A stretch of DNA of 58,110 nt, taken from assembly GCA_000934665.2 (NCBI GenBank), contig JYFJ02002384.1, positions 1 through 58,110 on the forward strand. The letters run 5' to 3'. The stretch's first letter is position 1. Each line of letters starts with the position of its first letter. The position numbers and the translations under genes are program-made. Shown piece by piece: positions 40,001-52,684 of this stretch. Source of the DNA: Catajapyx aquilonaris. Lineage: Eukaryota. Below the pieces are notes generated by a model. It worked only from the letters and a program-made list of their open reading frames with translations. It was not told the DNA's origin and did no database searches.

Positions 40001-43000
40001 ACCGGGTGCGGCCGTGGAAAATTCCCTCGACCCATGACAGGTCATAACTTGGAAAGAAGATTAATCTCCGAGGTGGGCCTCTTCCCAAGCCAGTAGAGTT
40101 AGGAAACCTATCAGCATTGTCTCCATACATATAGAAGCTGTTTGATGCTCTGTACAAAAAAATTTGGCCAAAATAAATTCGTCCTAAAAGTTTGTCCACC
40201 GATATGAATATGTGCATCGCTGCATGGCGGTCAAAAAAATGAGAAGTTTGGACAGTTTGCGATGCGCAAAATGCAACATGCGCTATAATCCATTTTCATT
40301 GGTTTTATATACGCTGTACTGAAAGCACAAGTGCAGGACCACAATCACGGACCGGGAGTTATAAACTGCTTCGGTCGTGTTTTGTTCGTTTCCCATTCTG
40401 GCAAATGGCGTTCACCTGTTATTGAAAATAGTGGTTGTCACACTGCGTTGGAGTTTCAAAAAAACTGCTGGGTGGAGGGACACACACTCACGCGGCGGTG
40501 ACATTTGGACAGTTTTTCGACGTTGTTCCATGGCAACATGCTAATGCAGCGTTTCGCCTTTTACGGTTATGAAACTCTGGCCTATAGAAGCAGCTGCCAC
40601 AAACTGGGTAAGGTTGCTTCCAATGCTTGTGCTGCTGGCCCTCTCCAAAGCTCAATTTCAACGCAGCTTCCACCACAAATGAACCCTGAGAAGAGAATGC
40701 GGCTCCCAAACCCAACAAACAACGCTAATTGGTCGCAGCGTGCTACAAAAATTGCATGGCAGCTGTTCAATATGGCCCCATGTCGGTGAAAACAAGCGCC
40801 AAAAACTGATGCCAATGGCAGTTGGCCTCGGCTCATTTTCACTCACTGCATCCGATGGCTTACATTTTATGCGGGATCTAGGTATGCGCGTGTATATATA
40901 CACACACAGTCCGACCGCAGACTCTTTTCCCCGAGAGCTTACTTGAACTGTGCAGAAACAAGGATCAATATCGGTGATTCAGCTCATGTATATATCCGAG
41001 ACTTGGGTAGAATCTGAATTTTTATAGGTACGAGAATAGGGGCATTTCTTGAATCTCATCATCTGTGCCCGGGATTGAAGCGGACGCAGCTGGCGGATTG
41101 GATTCTTGTCTTTGCCCAAGGAGCAATTACATCCGCCAGATCTATTACCCCCAATAGATCCACCTCCTTGTTACAAAAAAAAACCCCTCCGAATATCGTT
41201 AAAAAATATGAGGGATGATATCCATCTCCAAAGTGCTCGATTCCCCATATAATACAAGGATATACTATACAGCAAACGTGTACCGTTTGATTGCTGCAAT
41301 AATCGATATCAGGCAGCTAGAGAAGTGTATTGAAAGATCATATCGCCGGCGAAATAGGCCCAAAGTGGAGGTGCAGTCGTAGCTTAAATTGGACCAATGA
41401 CCGCGGAAAATTTATGGCCCTCCGTAAGAAGTAACGGCAATCATTCCGTGTTTCCAATCCAAGGAAAAAAAAAAAACTGTCAAAATGTACATTGACAAAA
41501 GAAGATATTCATCCAGTTCGGTGTAGTGAACACGAGACAATATAGTGAAGGGCATGGCATGTATCACTAACATTTAACTTGAGGGTTTGGAGAAGGTAAG
41601 GACGTTGTTTATGATCGTAGCACACGATTTCATATCTGATGACCTGTTGTTATGACGGGATAGAGGCAATATTAGAGATCGTCATGACCTTGTTTCTTTC
41701 CTTTCTCCGGCAATGAAACAGCACATAGTCAGTGAGCAGTGGAAAGTGCTGTGATGGCAGGGTGAAAAATGAAGGGCACAGAAGCACTTTTGTAAATGAC
41801 CGTTCGCATGTACCGGAGCAGTATAAAAAACTCGATGTCATCCTATCATGTGGAAACTACTGTTGGTATACCATCAATGTCCACTAATGTCACGTCAGGG
41901 CAGTAACACCCGTAGTTTATATGCGATATCGCTTCATTCTTTTGATGGGAATGAAACGCATTGTTCCACCCCATTCCACCGAGTGCAGTTACCGCAATCG
42001 CAACTTTCAGTTATGTCTTTTTCGTATACACATCCAACCAATGTTGCAGAAAACCCCTTTCACTAACAAAGATTCATAAATTGTTAATAAGTGATGTGAA
42101 TACAAACGTAGGCCTAATCTAACGAGTTGGGCAGGCTTCCCACCAACCTGTTTACAAAGCAGGGGAGATTAAAAATCAACAAAATTCTTCACGTCCAAAA
42201 TCTTCTTCCAAAACCCTTTCATTACGAACGTGTCAAGTCCCTTTTTGTCCAATTTCCTCAGCACGGATTTGGCAAACGGCGACTAGTGAAAGTGAAAAAG
42301 ATTGCGCTGTTGGCCAAAACGCGTCGTTGTAAATTCTGCTGACATTTGAACTCTCTAAGTACAACAGGGTGGGCACTGCCCGTGTCTCAAATTATCCAAG
42401 AGTAATGAATTGTTCGCCTCAGCAACTAGTTGACTTGGTCAATGAACCATCCTGTAGGTATACATTCGGCCTCTGACTTAAAAAAAAGGAGCGTCCGTGG
42501 AAGAGTCGAATGAACGAGCAGCTTATACTTTCGTTGCCTATAGCAGCTTCCCAACCAAGCTGACCAAGGCCGTTTTGGTAAAATAATAAACAAAAACTTG
42601 TCTGCACATGACTGCAGTGGTCAAGGATACTCGAGCAACAACCATTTATTTTGTTGTTTCACTTTTTGCGCTCGCTCCTCACTGGGTCTCGATTTTCCTT
42701 TGCTTTTAATCACTAGCCTATAAATTCATTCATGCCAGTAAACCACGTCAAGGGTACTGTATACATTGGTTGCACACGTTAATATTGTGCTTTCTTCTCA
42801 GTCATCAAGGCTCCATCATTCCCGGCAAATGACATGTGGAAGTAGGCTATACTAAAATTGATGTTAGCCCTGACACAACAATTATTCCCATTGGCGTTTT
42901 CTTCGCCTCAGTGCCATCTCATCATGTAATTGCAACGCTTATAAGCACAGCTCCTATCTAATCGTAAATCCTCCAAACACATTTCTTACAGTGCCTTGCA

Positions 43001-43050
43001 CTGTGCAAAAATGGGAACAAACTTCGAAGTATTTTAACACAAATGTACAA

Positions 43051-43374
43051 TCTCTATCTCTATAAATAAGGAAGTTTGTCAGTTTATTTGTCAATTTGGA
43101 TGTTTGTCCCTTATAGAAATCCGGGGGAAGGCCCCTACACCGCCTTAAATTAGCATATCGGGAGTTACATTTTTCAAGGAATTTAATGCCGCATGTTTCA
43201 GCTTCCGAAAATGAACCTAACACCCATAACATGCATATTCCCAATTAACCAATTATCAATTACCTATTTAACAATATTCATAGATTTCCATGGTAATGCC
43301 CTCATTACATTGTAGGCCTACCACCATAACAATGACCATAACATATACCCGGGCAACGCCGGGTAACCTGCTAG
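43051..43374 (+). mobile_element. Non-autonomous Helitron (~324 bp)
   Basis: 5' A|TC start (tctctatctctataaataaggaagtttgtc...). 3' hairpin ACCCGG-gcaacg-CCGGGT followed 6 nt later by CTAG|T. Inserted between A and T with no TSD. Confidence 0.75.
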
Positions 43375-46300
43375 TTTTCATTAAAGCTAATCATACTAAT
43401 CCCGGCTTGTATGTCTGTGTTGACTCATAGCCTAGGTAGTAGTTACCATAGTTTTCACTTTTACCGTTCAACAATGAGAGGACATGTAGCGGGCGGAGAG
43501 GGTGGGACCCACGTCAATGGAGGCGAGACACGCGCTGGTTATAGCACCCTGGTGGGCTTTGTCCACGCGGTGACTCATCACCAACGTGCATGTACTACAA
43601 CTTTCCCCCAGAGTGGCAGTAGTGTGCAGAGAGCCTATTCGCCAACTGGTAGGAGCCTAATATGTACTATACTTCCAAATGCGTCCAAATGGGGTGTGTG
43701 AGCCAAGCACTGTTGCCAAAATTTAGCAACGATTCCGCTACTAGTTATCTCAGAATTGGGCAAGAACAAAATGGTCCGAAATTTTCCATTCTGTTTTCAT
43801 ATTGGTCCCACAGCAAAACCCCGGTCCTGCAAAAGCGTTGACAAACCCCCCAGATATGACATTTTGAAAAATTATACCCCATGTCCGACCCACAACCACC
43901 CACCAAAAAACTACAGGCCTGGCGACCGAGCACGAATTCCTCTGGGTCATTCGTCCCCTCATTTATAAATACCGAAAAAGGGTCCGAGAGCGGCGCCATG
44001 GCAAAATCACACAAAATACGCTTCGCCCCCCGCTGGCCCCAGGTCCACAATATCGAGCATCTGCAAACAGAATCTGTGTACGTAATTCAGGGCTTTGGAA
44101 GCCATTGGAGCGGGTGACGATCAGGAACGCTCATCGCGCTCGCAGCAGGAGAACAGGGTCCCCCCCTCCAATTTAATCACCAAACCCTCAGACGATGATG
44201 GGAGTTACAGAGAGGCTGCAAATGATTCGCTCCAACAATCACCTTCTAGACAATCAGCAAAACAATTCCAAATTTATCGCCTGGTTTGACATATCCGTCA
44301 TCTGACATTAAATGTTCGGACACACATACTGGCAGGAGGCAAGTACTGTCCATTTCTCACGCTAATTACCACTTAGTGACACCGTGGGTGTGTATGCGTG
44401 AAGGCTCCGGGGAAATGCCACACGTGTTATGCGAGTTTTTTTGAAGCCGTAACTAGCGATAGACTTGGGGTTGGAGTTTCGCATGGTATAGCGTGCATAG
44501 CGATTGGAGGTGTCATTCAGTTGCGGGGACAGAGATTAGTTGCTAAAATTGATGCCTGTCATTTCAGTCGACGTTTTGCTGCCATGTATAAACTGAAAAT
44601 GTTGTGTGTACAAAGTGGGCAATTTCAATCTCCAGCTGCTTACAGTTCTCGATTTTTTTTTTGATTCGAGTAATGCAATTTTTTTGCCCAACCAAAGCCA
44701 CTTTTTGCATGCGGAATATTCTATTTTATAGAATTAATCGCCTTACAATGTTGTACAATGACGTTTGTGCTGCCAGTGCTGACCTAAAATTGACAAAGCC
44801 TTGCTAATCACGTTCAAGTGTTACCATGGATGCAGTGACGTTCAGGCCAGGACGACAATGCCTGCTGGACCCTCATAATATGCAACAAAATTCCGTAATG
44901 TTACATTGCTTGATGGGTTGCTCGCTCACAGGCATAGTTAGTGCTGCATAGACAGAAAACCTTGTAATAAGTTACAAAATCTCATTTGAATTGACGTGCA
45001 TGGGTTTTGAATATTTTTGTACGGTCCAGAGTTATTAACCTTCAACCGATATGCTGGGAAGGAGTATGAACTTTGTTAAATTTTGTGAAAACATTAATTC
45101 GAAAGTTACAGTGCCAATAATTTTCTAAAGATCTCACTTTTATAGCAACAAATATATAATTTTCACTTTAATTCGGTCACTTTTGAAAAACTGAATGACA
45201 GTTTGGTCCCGCGTTCTAAAAAATTCCTTTCCGCCGCATACATACTGTACAGTATTTGGTCAACCTGATTATGGTAATATTTTACCCACCATTTTAACCA
45301 AAGCGACGACCAAACATCAATGGCCACATTATGACCAAACTCAATGGCCCAGGAGTCTCATCAGTCGTTACAGCCTCATCGCTATTTAAAAAAATGTAAC
45401 TTGAAAAATTGGCAAAGAAATGGTCACCATATGTGTGCAGTTTATGAGCAAATAATGCGTTCCAAGAAAAAGTATTTTTCCCTCAATAAAAAAGTGTAAT
45501 TACTGCTCCGCAAGTGAACCCTAGCATATGGCGCTTCCATATGGCAGTGTTAAAAGTGAGTTACGACATTAGTACATAATCCTTGAACGTCATCGCAACA
45601 ATAAAAAAAAATGTTAGGGGCCTCTCGATATACGAATAGCCTCAATAAAAAAAGGTGGGCGTTGAAAATACGACGCGTGACACCCGCTTAGTTATTGATA
45701 AATTCTCCCCTTGTAATCCTTATTAGTTGCGGGTGTAATTAAGTGGGATTTGTTGCAAACTAGTTTATTCGGCTTTCGCCTGCAGAATAGCAATTTTCGG
45801 AGGGACCAGAGTGTTTAATTACTCCAAACTTAGTAAAGCACACAGGTGGTAAACCATATTTCTCCTTGGTTGGACAGCAAACTTCCGATGCAGGCGCACA
45901 ACCTGCATCAAATGCCTCCCACTGTTTGCTTTATGCGCTCCATGGCAACCGTCACATGTATATATATGCAGTACAGTCTGCGAAATCTGGGGGACCCACA
46001 GGGGGGTTCGCAAAAACGACACCTTTTGTATACACAACAGTTTGCACACTTTTCCTGCTCTCAACATCAGTGCAAACAACCGGGACAAAAATGTCCTCTT
46101 GTAAACCACCGTTAATCATCGCAACGTCCACCAACTTTGCAAACCTCTACCTGTGGCAGCCAAGGGTTCCCCAAGGAAGATTCGCAATTTACTGCATGTC
46201 CCTCGAAATTCCTGGACCCCCTCCTTTTCCTACAGCCCCCAACTCCTCTGCATGTAACAAGCCAGTTGGCCTTTTATCCGGAGGAAGCCCTTTCTCCTGA

Positions 46301-49300
46301 GGGATGAGCATGTCTCCAGAGCGGTCATCTATCTTCATCTTCATGGGGAGGGGGCCAAAAGCAAGGGGCCAGAGGTCCTGCGAAGAGGAACAAGGAGTGG
46401 ACGGATGAAAGAGATGCAACCGACCCACGCCAAAACCTTCACCTGGGAATATCAAATCGGATTCCGCCTCCGGGCCCCCTATTCCCGGATTCATGCTGCT
46501 TCCGGGACAGAGGGCATACTGTAATCCTCTCAGCCGGACTCACAACATTTATCCGCCAAAAAAAGAGAAAGGTCCGGATTTGCAGATTGGCCTGCAGGGA
46601 TTGGCAAGATTTACAGGGACGCAATTTTTTTTTCTTCCTCCTGCAAAAATAATGGAGTCCCATCCAGTAGAAAAGTAATGCATACCTTACTCAGCGGCGC
46701 TAGCTTTACCCCCATGTGTAACTCGGCAGGTTTCCGGAAACAACTTACTTCTAAATCCCCTCGTTAAGCTGTTTGGCAGCCGCGTCTCCAGGGATCCCGG
46801 ATCCTATAGAAACCCACAAAGCCTTCCATCGCCTGTATAAATTGGGTTCTCTCTTGCTTTTGCGTAATAGCCACTTCCAGACCCGTGTCGATAAGCTCCG
46901 GTTGTGGGGAGGGGGACGTTTCATGCAAGATCAGTGCAAGCCTCCAGCATTTCCGGGTATCATTCTCAAGTTTTTGGTCCGGAACAACATTAGATGCTGT
47001 GAGAGCATACGATCTTTTGTGATCTCTCATGGTTGTACCTCACAACACAGTATATAGGCACCAAGGGAGCGATGCATCAAGCATGTCAAATAGCCCCCAA
47101 CTTCTTCATCATCTGATTTTGGGGGCCAACTCGACCTGATCAGAATTTGCAGCCTAAGAAATGTCGTCGGCCATAAAGTTGGGTTTCGCCCGAATATAAA
47201 TCATTGAAAAGATGGGATATTCGCAGGTGGAATGTCCGATGTTTATAGAGCAACCATCCTTTGAAATGTCCCTCCTCTCCAATTTAGCTAATGTGAATTC
47301 CTCCTTAGCTAGATTGAGACCGTGGAGGTAAAGAACCTCGAGGCGTTAGTTTCACCTCTTGTAAAACTGCTCTAGCTCGTCCTTTTTAATGAAAAGCTGC
47401 AGCCTCGGGTTGAGGCCCTCATTGATTGGGCTAAGAATGACGCATCTAAGGTCCTTTGTGCTTTATTGTCCCTTTTTATGAGCTGGCAAAGTCCGCATTA
47501 AACCCCCCCTTCCTACAAGCCACCTGTTCACTTTCTTTTAGCTGCATCGCATCCTCAAGTCGCCTCCGTTTCTGCAAAGTGATGTCACTGCAGATAACCA
47601 GCCTTTGAATAATTATTACAGTTTGATCAAAAAGAAAAGGCGGAGCAAGTCCAAAACAAGCCTGCAGTTCTGACTCACCCTGTATAATTGCTAAAATTTC
47701 TCGCCATGAATAATCTATTGTGATTCCGTTGAACGCATATTGAATTGTTTGCACTAGTTTAGATTAACTATAAAAAAAAAGTTATACGGAAGCAATGACC
47801 TCCGGATAGCTACTCGGGGATATCGGAATAATAGTATCAGTACTACTATTTTCTCAATAATACTGTCACATCAAGGACGCAATGTCTGCAATCACGTCGT
47901 GACCAGGACAACTGCAATTGGGCGATCGATTTTTAGCAGAGTTTGTGCCAGAAAATGACATTCAAATCATTGAGGTCTGTAAGTAGAAAAATATAGCCAG
48001 TCGACATATAGGCGTCGACAAACTCTGCTCGTGTATACTGTACTGTACAGTACCACGCACGTGTTCAAATATAATAATAACTTCACCTTGTAATAAATAT
48101 TAGTGTTACCTACGTAAAATGACTTAATTTTATGGCTCACAATCAGAACAAACGCAAACAAAGGGCAATAGCTACACTTTTCAAACAAACAAAATCGTGA
48201 GAACCAGCAGTCGTTATTCGCTTCTAAGAGACACATCACGACCATATAGCAGCATAATTGCACCTTTCGTTGTGTAATCAAACATGCAAAGCGTAGGTTG
48301 GCGTAAGACTAAACCAAACAACTCTCTCGTAATTATTTCATTCAATACCAGCGAATATTTCACATGGGTAATACGCATTATCATATTCAAGCTCTGATTT
48401 AATACTGTACTTATAGCCGTCAGTAGCCTTTTAGTTGTCTATTATATTGTTGAAAATCACTGTTGCCTTTACAGGTTTACTCCCGCAAAGAAGCAGACAA
48501 TATATCCTGCATGTTGTACAACCCGCTAATCATCCTCTAACTTTCATGATAATCTCTCTACACTGCACATCCGGTGAATAATTAGGCCCAATCCTGATTG
48601 TTCCTATCCACACGGGCGTATGTATGTACTAAGCTCATCGGCAGCATTGTCGCGACTTGCATGGCTTCGAAATGAAGAGGAGTTTAAACTGCGACGATGC
48701 ACATTGCATTGCTTTCGCGACCATCCCCACATCAAAGAGATGGGCAACAATCCGAAGACAACAGCTCTGCTTGGATGAACTTGCTCGTTTGATGTGGATC
48801 AAAATGGGGTTAAGGACTATGCGCTTGCGGTTCCTGCACCCCCGCAGCTTTTCACCGGAAAGTATGTGCGCCGATGCCAGCACAATTTAAAGGCGCTTTC
48901 CACTACCTGCCTGAAGTATAGAAATTGCTGGCATATTTGCTGGAGGTCAAAGGGCAGTGGAATCTCCCGATTTCGGAACTCACGTCTTTTGGGCAAACGA
49001 TTTTCATACGTTCAAAAAGGCATACCAACTCCTTTGCCTTACAGTGTCGTGGACTAAAGGTCCGCTTTGTTTCATCCTGGTCTGATGCAACCCAACGAAC
49101 ACGCTGCTTTGTGACAACTCAACTGAACCATATATGAAAAGTACTCTGAAATATCGTTATGCCTATCGTATATCACAAGAATAATACAATGCATCCGGCA
49201 TTTATTATTATTGGTATGGAGCCCCAGTTTCTCCGGGGCTGGAAATGATGCAATGAGCGAAGTTTGTGGTTTCGGATAGATGTCATTAATACTCGCTATC

Positions 49301-51689
49301 TCCCAGGTTACGCCACCAGCTTGGCAACGGAGTCCACTGCAGCAGCCGTATTATATCTCCGCTGTTCCTACACCCACGCATTTGAACCAAGTGAAGCGAG
49401 AGTCGATAAGAACCTCGTTTTCAAAATGTGGAATACAGCCAAAGTATTGCGGGTCTAGTTACACGAAGCTCGTTACTATGTCGTTAGTATACACACGTGT
49501 AATCTTTGCTTATAGAGGTAATGTTCATTACGCTGACTCTCATATTTTTGGTCTCTCTCTCCCTCCCTCTCTGAAAATTACATTGCAGATCAGGGAAGGC
49601 TCGTTAGTTCCACGTCTCCTTGCGCGGTATGAATATGACATTGTAGAAGGAAATTACTTGACTGTAATCAGCTGCCGAAATGAGGAGGCGGTGTTGTGCA
49701 TGTCCTGAGGGGCAGATTACCCAGTCGCGCAATTTATTTAAAATGCAAAGCCCGGGGGCAGCTGGAAGAAAAGCCGAGTGAACTTCAAATGGACGTCATT
49801 CGCGCCCAACCCCTCCTTTTTACCCCTCAAAAACTTTGTCTCCTTCCAGTCATGTTCTTCATGCCGGAATTCCCCTACTTTGGAGGGGACAATTCCGGCT
49901 TGTTAAGCACGTCGGGGGGGGGGGGGGGGGGGNGAGAAAGCAAAAGGAAAAAAAAAGAAGTTTCCGTGCCTAATTTTATTTCTTTCCTCGTTGTAGTTTG
50001 TAGTCCTTCCTTCCCAGCCACGTTCTGCTTGGGCCGGGAAGCACTTCAATGCTTCTGCTGCCTTGGGAAACGACCGACAGAGAAGATGGATTGCCCTTAT
50101 TTATTGCGACCCTCAATGCAATGGCTTCACTCAAGTAGATCCGGTGTGCAAGATATTGCCGAGGGTGAAAAAAAAAGGATGCCATAATCACAGGGTGTGG
50201 CAAAATCCATTAGGGAAGCAGCAGAGCTCGAAATAATGGCCAATGGGCTCTACCTACCCAGAAGACAAAATCCCCCAGCATAATAAGATTCACTCAAATG
50301 ACCAGGGCCCTTTTGCTGGTTCAAGCCGATTTGTTGGGCTTAAACCCAAACCCCCCCAGTCCAGCACCCCTTCTTTTCATGCCAGGCGACAGCCAAATTA
50401 CTTCCTGCGCGTTGTTACACAAAGTGCACTTTGATGACTCGCTTTGGACCTTTAAAGGTGCGGGAGTCCGCTGCTGGACATGATCACACAACCTCCCTTT
50501 TACACGTCCAACCCACACATTTCATTTCCGCAGCACCAGAAATTTCCAAGGGTATAATATGTCACATCGGCCAAATGAGACTGGGACAAGTTTGCAACTT
50601 TCGGCACCGATTTGGCATATTTTTTTTTCTTTCTTTCTTAAAGGCGCAATTAGCAAAGTCAGCCACTGAAATGCAATTTTACGTCCCATTGCTTACTCTT
50701 TTCCTTCATTCAATTCCGCCTACGGTTGCGGCCATTTTGCATGCTTCTGAGAGCATGCAATGAAAAAATATAAAAAAGACGGTCCCGGTTATTTAAAGGC
50801 GTCGTTTCAGCCAGAAGTTTAATTAAGCTTGATGAAGAGGTTTCCTTCGTCAGCACGCTCGCCGCTCTGTGGTAAGACTTCTCAAGTAGGCCATTGTTTC
50901 TCTCCGTTTCTCTCTCTCTCTCGACAGGATGGGGGCTCTATTGTTCACACAATTGGACCTGGCCGTATTATTTTTACGGATTCCCAAAGGACCTTTTCAC
51001 CTTCCATTCCACAGCCGTACGTGCCTACAAGGTTGGAAGCCTCATCAAAGCTGTGCCTTGCGAGCAAGGTGAGTTCAAGAGCAATATCTCACTCTCTCAA
51101 TGAAATATGTACTAGGAGTCAGTGGTGCACTGCCCAAGTTCCAATCTCATGCATCTCGTATACATATTGCTAGGCAGAGTATTGCGTCACTAATTAATAT
51201 TATTGTACAGGGCTGCTCTATATAATTATGGCCTCCTTATTTGGAGCAACAAGTGATTTTAGAAGTTATCATTATTTCTCTCTACAAATTCCGATAAAAT
51301 CTTGTAGCCTACATCATGCCAAATCATTGTGACATAATTTTTATGACATAACGCAGGGCTGCCACTCATTTTTACAAAAAAAAAAAGAGTAACAATAGTA
51401 ACTTCAAAGCCGTGAAAACATAACCTAAAAACATCATTTTACAAGCATGTGACACCTCTTCAACATTAATAAACACTAAGCACTCAAATTTAACCAGATT
51501 TAACGTTGAAGCCATTCAATAATTTAACAGAAACTATGCTACAAAATCGGGGTGAAGCACAGACATTGGGACAGATTTGATGCTGCTTTCACACAATCAT
51601 GTGAAAGTGAAATTCAATAGAAACCCATCACTAGTAAAAATGAAGGTCATAGTACTTGCCTCCCATTCGCAGATTAAAAGACGCGATGT

Positions 51690-51852
51690 GCAATCTGATA
51701 CTAAAGTTGATCCAGTAGCACTCCATAATGCCCACATATGGGGACTAAAACATGTAAGACTTGAATCAGAATGCCAACCAGTAGGGGTGGAAATAATGAG
51801 ACATCGTGTAAAATTCTTACTAAAACTGGAAAAGATGGGAAATGAAACCTAA
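51690..51852 (+). mobile_element. Possible decayed LINE ORF2 C-terminal fragment
   Basis: DTKVDPVALHNAHIWG..VRLESECQPVGVEIMRHRVKFLLKLEKM resembles the post-RT motif 'PILLYGxEIWG...R.E.G..PL...I..R..KFW.KL..M' with an internal deletion. Confidence 0.35.
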
Positions 51853-52109
51853 ACAAGCATAATTATACAGTTGATTCCAGATATAACAGACTTGAAAGGC
51901 AGGTCCAGACATACTTCCATATACTATGGTCTGTAACAAATTCACATCTGCAAAGGATGCAACTGACAACATTGTTCTTTAAATATTTTCCAGCAGCCGC
52001 TGAAGTGAAAACACTTTTGGAGAAACACTGTAACACTTCACAATGGAGGGTATTTCAGAGGCAACTTGTTATTTTTGAATTCCCGACATTATTAATTGCT
52101 GCACTATAC

Positions 52110-52404
52110 TATAATAATGAATAATTCATACCCCATTATCAGCCGGCGACTCTTTAGGGAGGAAGTTCATCCCAATTTTGTTTTTGACTGGAACTCATTG
52201 CTTTCATTTTACTTTGCTTTTTGGGATAGGATAGGGATGGAAGGAAGCAGCTGTGGCCTAGTATTTACGGAAGCAATCCCGGAATTCTCCTGGGGGGACC
52301 GTGAGAAACCACAGAAAACCACGGTTAGGATTGCCGGCCCTGGGACTCGAACCCAGGACCTCCCAATTAGCAGTCCTTATCCACTCCACCAAACTGCTTT
52401 GGTT
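52110..52404 (-). mobile_element. tRNA-derived SINE (~295 bp) with 15-bp target site duplication
   Basis: A-box TGGTGGAGTGG (52391-52381) and B-box GGTTCGAGTCC (52353-52343). The body GTGGTTTTCTGTGGTTTCTCAC...AGGCCACAGCTGCTTCCTTCC resembles widespread arthropod SINEs (Talua/Lm1-like, from memory). AT-rich tail. The direct repeat ATTGCTGCACTATAC lies at 52095-52109 and 52405-52419. Confidence 0.88.
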
Positions 52405-52521
52405 ATTGCTGCACTATACCAGACTATACTGATGGATTTTGGTTGAGGGAGGAAACGAGAAATCTCACTAAAAGCCATGTAAATGTTAGAGAACCCATCA
52501 AAACTACTGAGAAATCTACGT

Positions 52522-52684
52522 ATAGTGGAATCAAATGGGACCAGAAAATTTTTCCATAATTGACAGGTTTCGGCTACATTAGTTTAAAAAATACATTGCA
52601 TGTCCTATGCCCGATCCAAGAAATAATTCCACAACGGACTAGTTTCTGCTATACTCAGGGTCTGCTATGGACAGATTTCACAGC
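52522..52684. mobile_element. Decayed pogo/Tigger-like MITE
   Basis: tatagtggaatc...gggaccagaaaatttttcc...gacaggtttc...gacagatttcacag resembles TACAGTGAAAC...GGGACC...GTTTCACTGTA Tigger-type MITEs. Confidence 0.45.

Larger units (their letters stand above)
1..51200. other. Long non-coding region (intergenic or large intron) with motif-rich GC islands and decayed TE fragments
   Basis: No ORF-track product here resembles a domain I recognise, many ORFs translate homopolymer runs, and I could build no phase-consistent exon chain. Small exons or lncRNA exons could be missed. Confidence 0.6.

Noticed and set aside
46189..46494. Minus-strand 101-aa ORF with an acceptor-like ttcccag|GTGAAG
   Set aside because: No homology I recognise and no upstream exon joins convincingly. 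A terminal exon cannot be fully excluded without RNA data.
5943..49933. Single N bases at 5943, 9286, 36370, 36869 and 49933, and long G/C runs
   Set aside because: All the Ns sit in or beside homopolymers and look like assembly uncertainty. Run lengths are unreliable, so I make no G-quadruplex claim.
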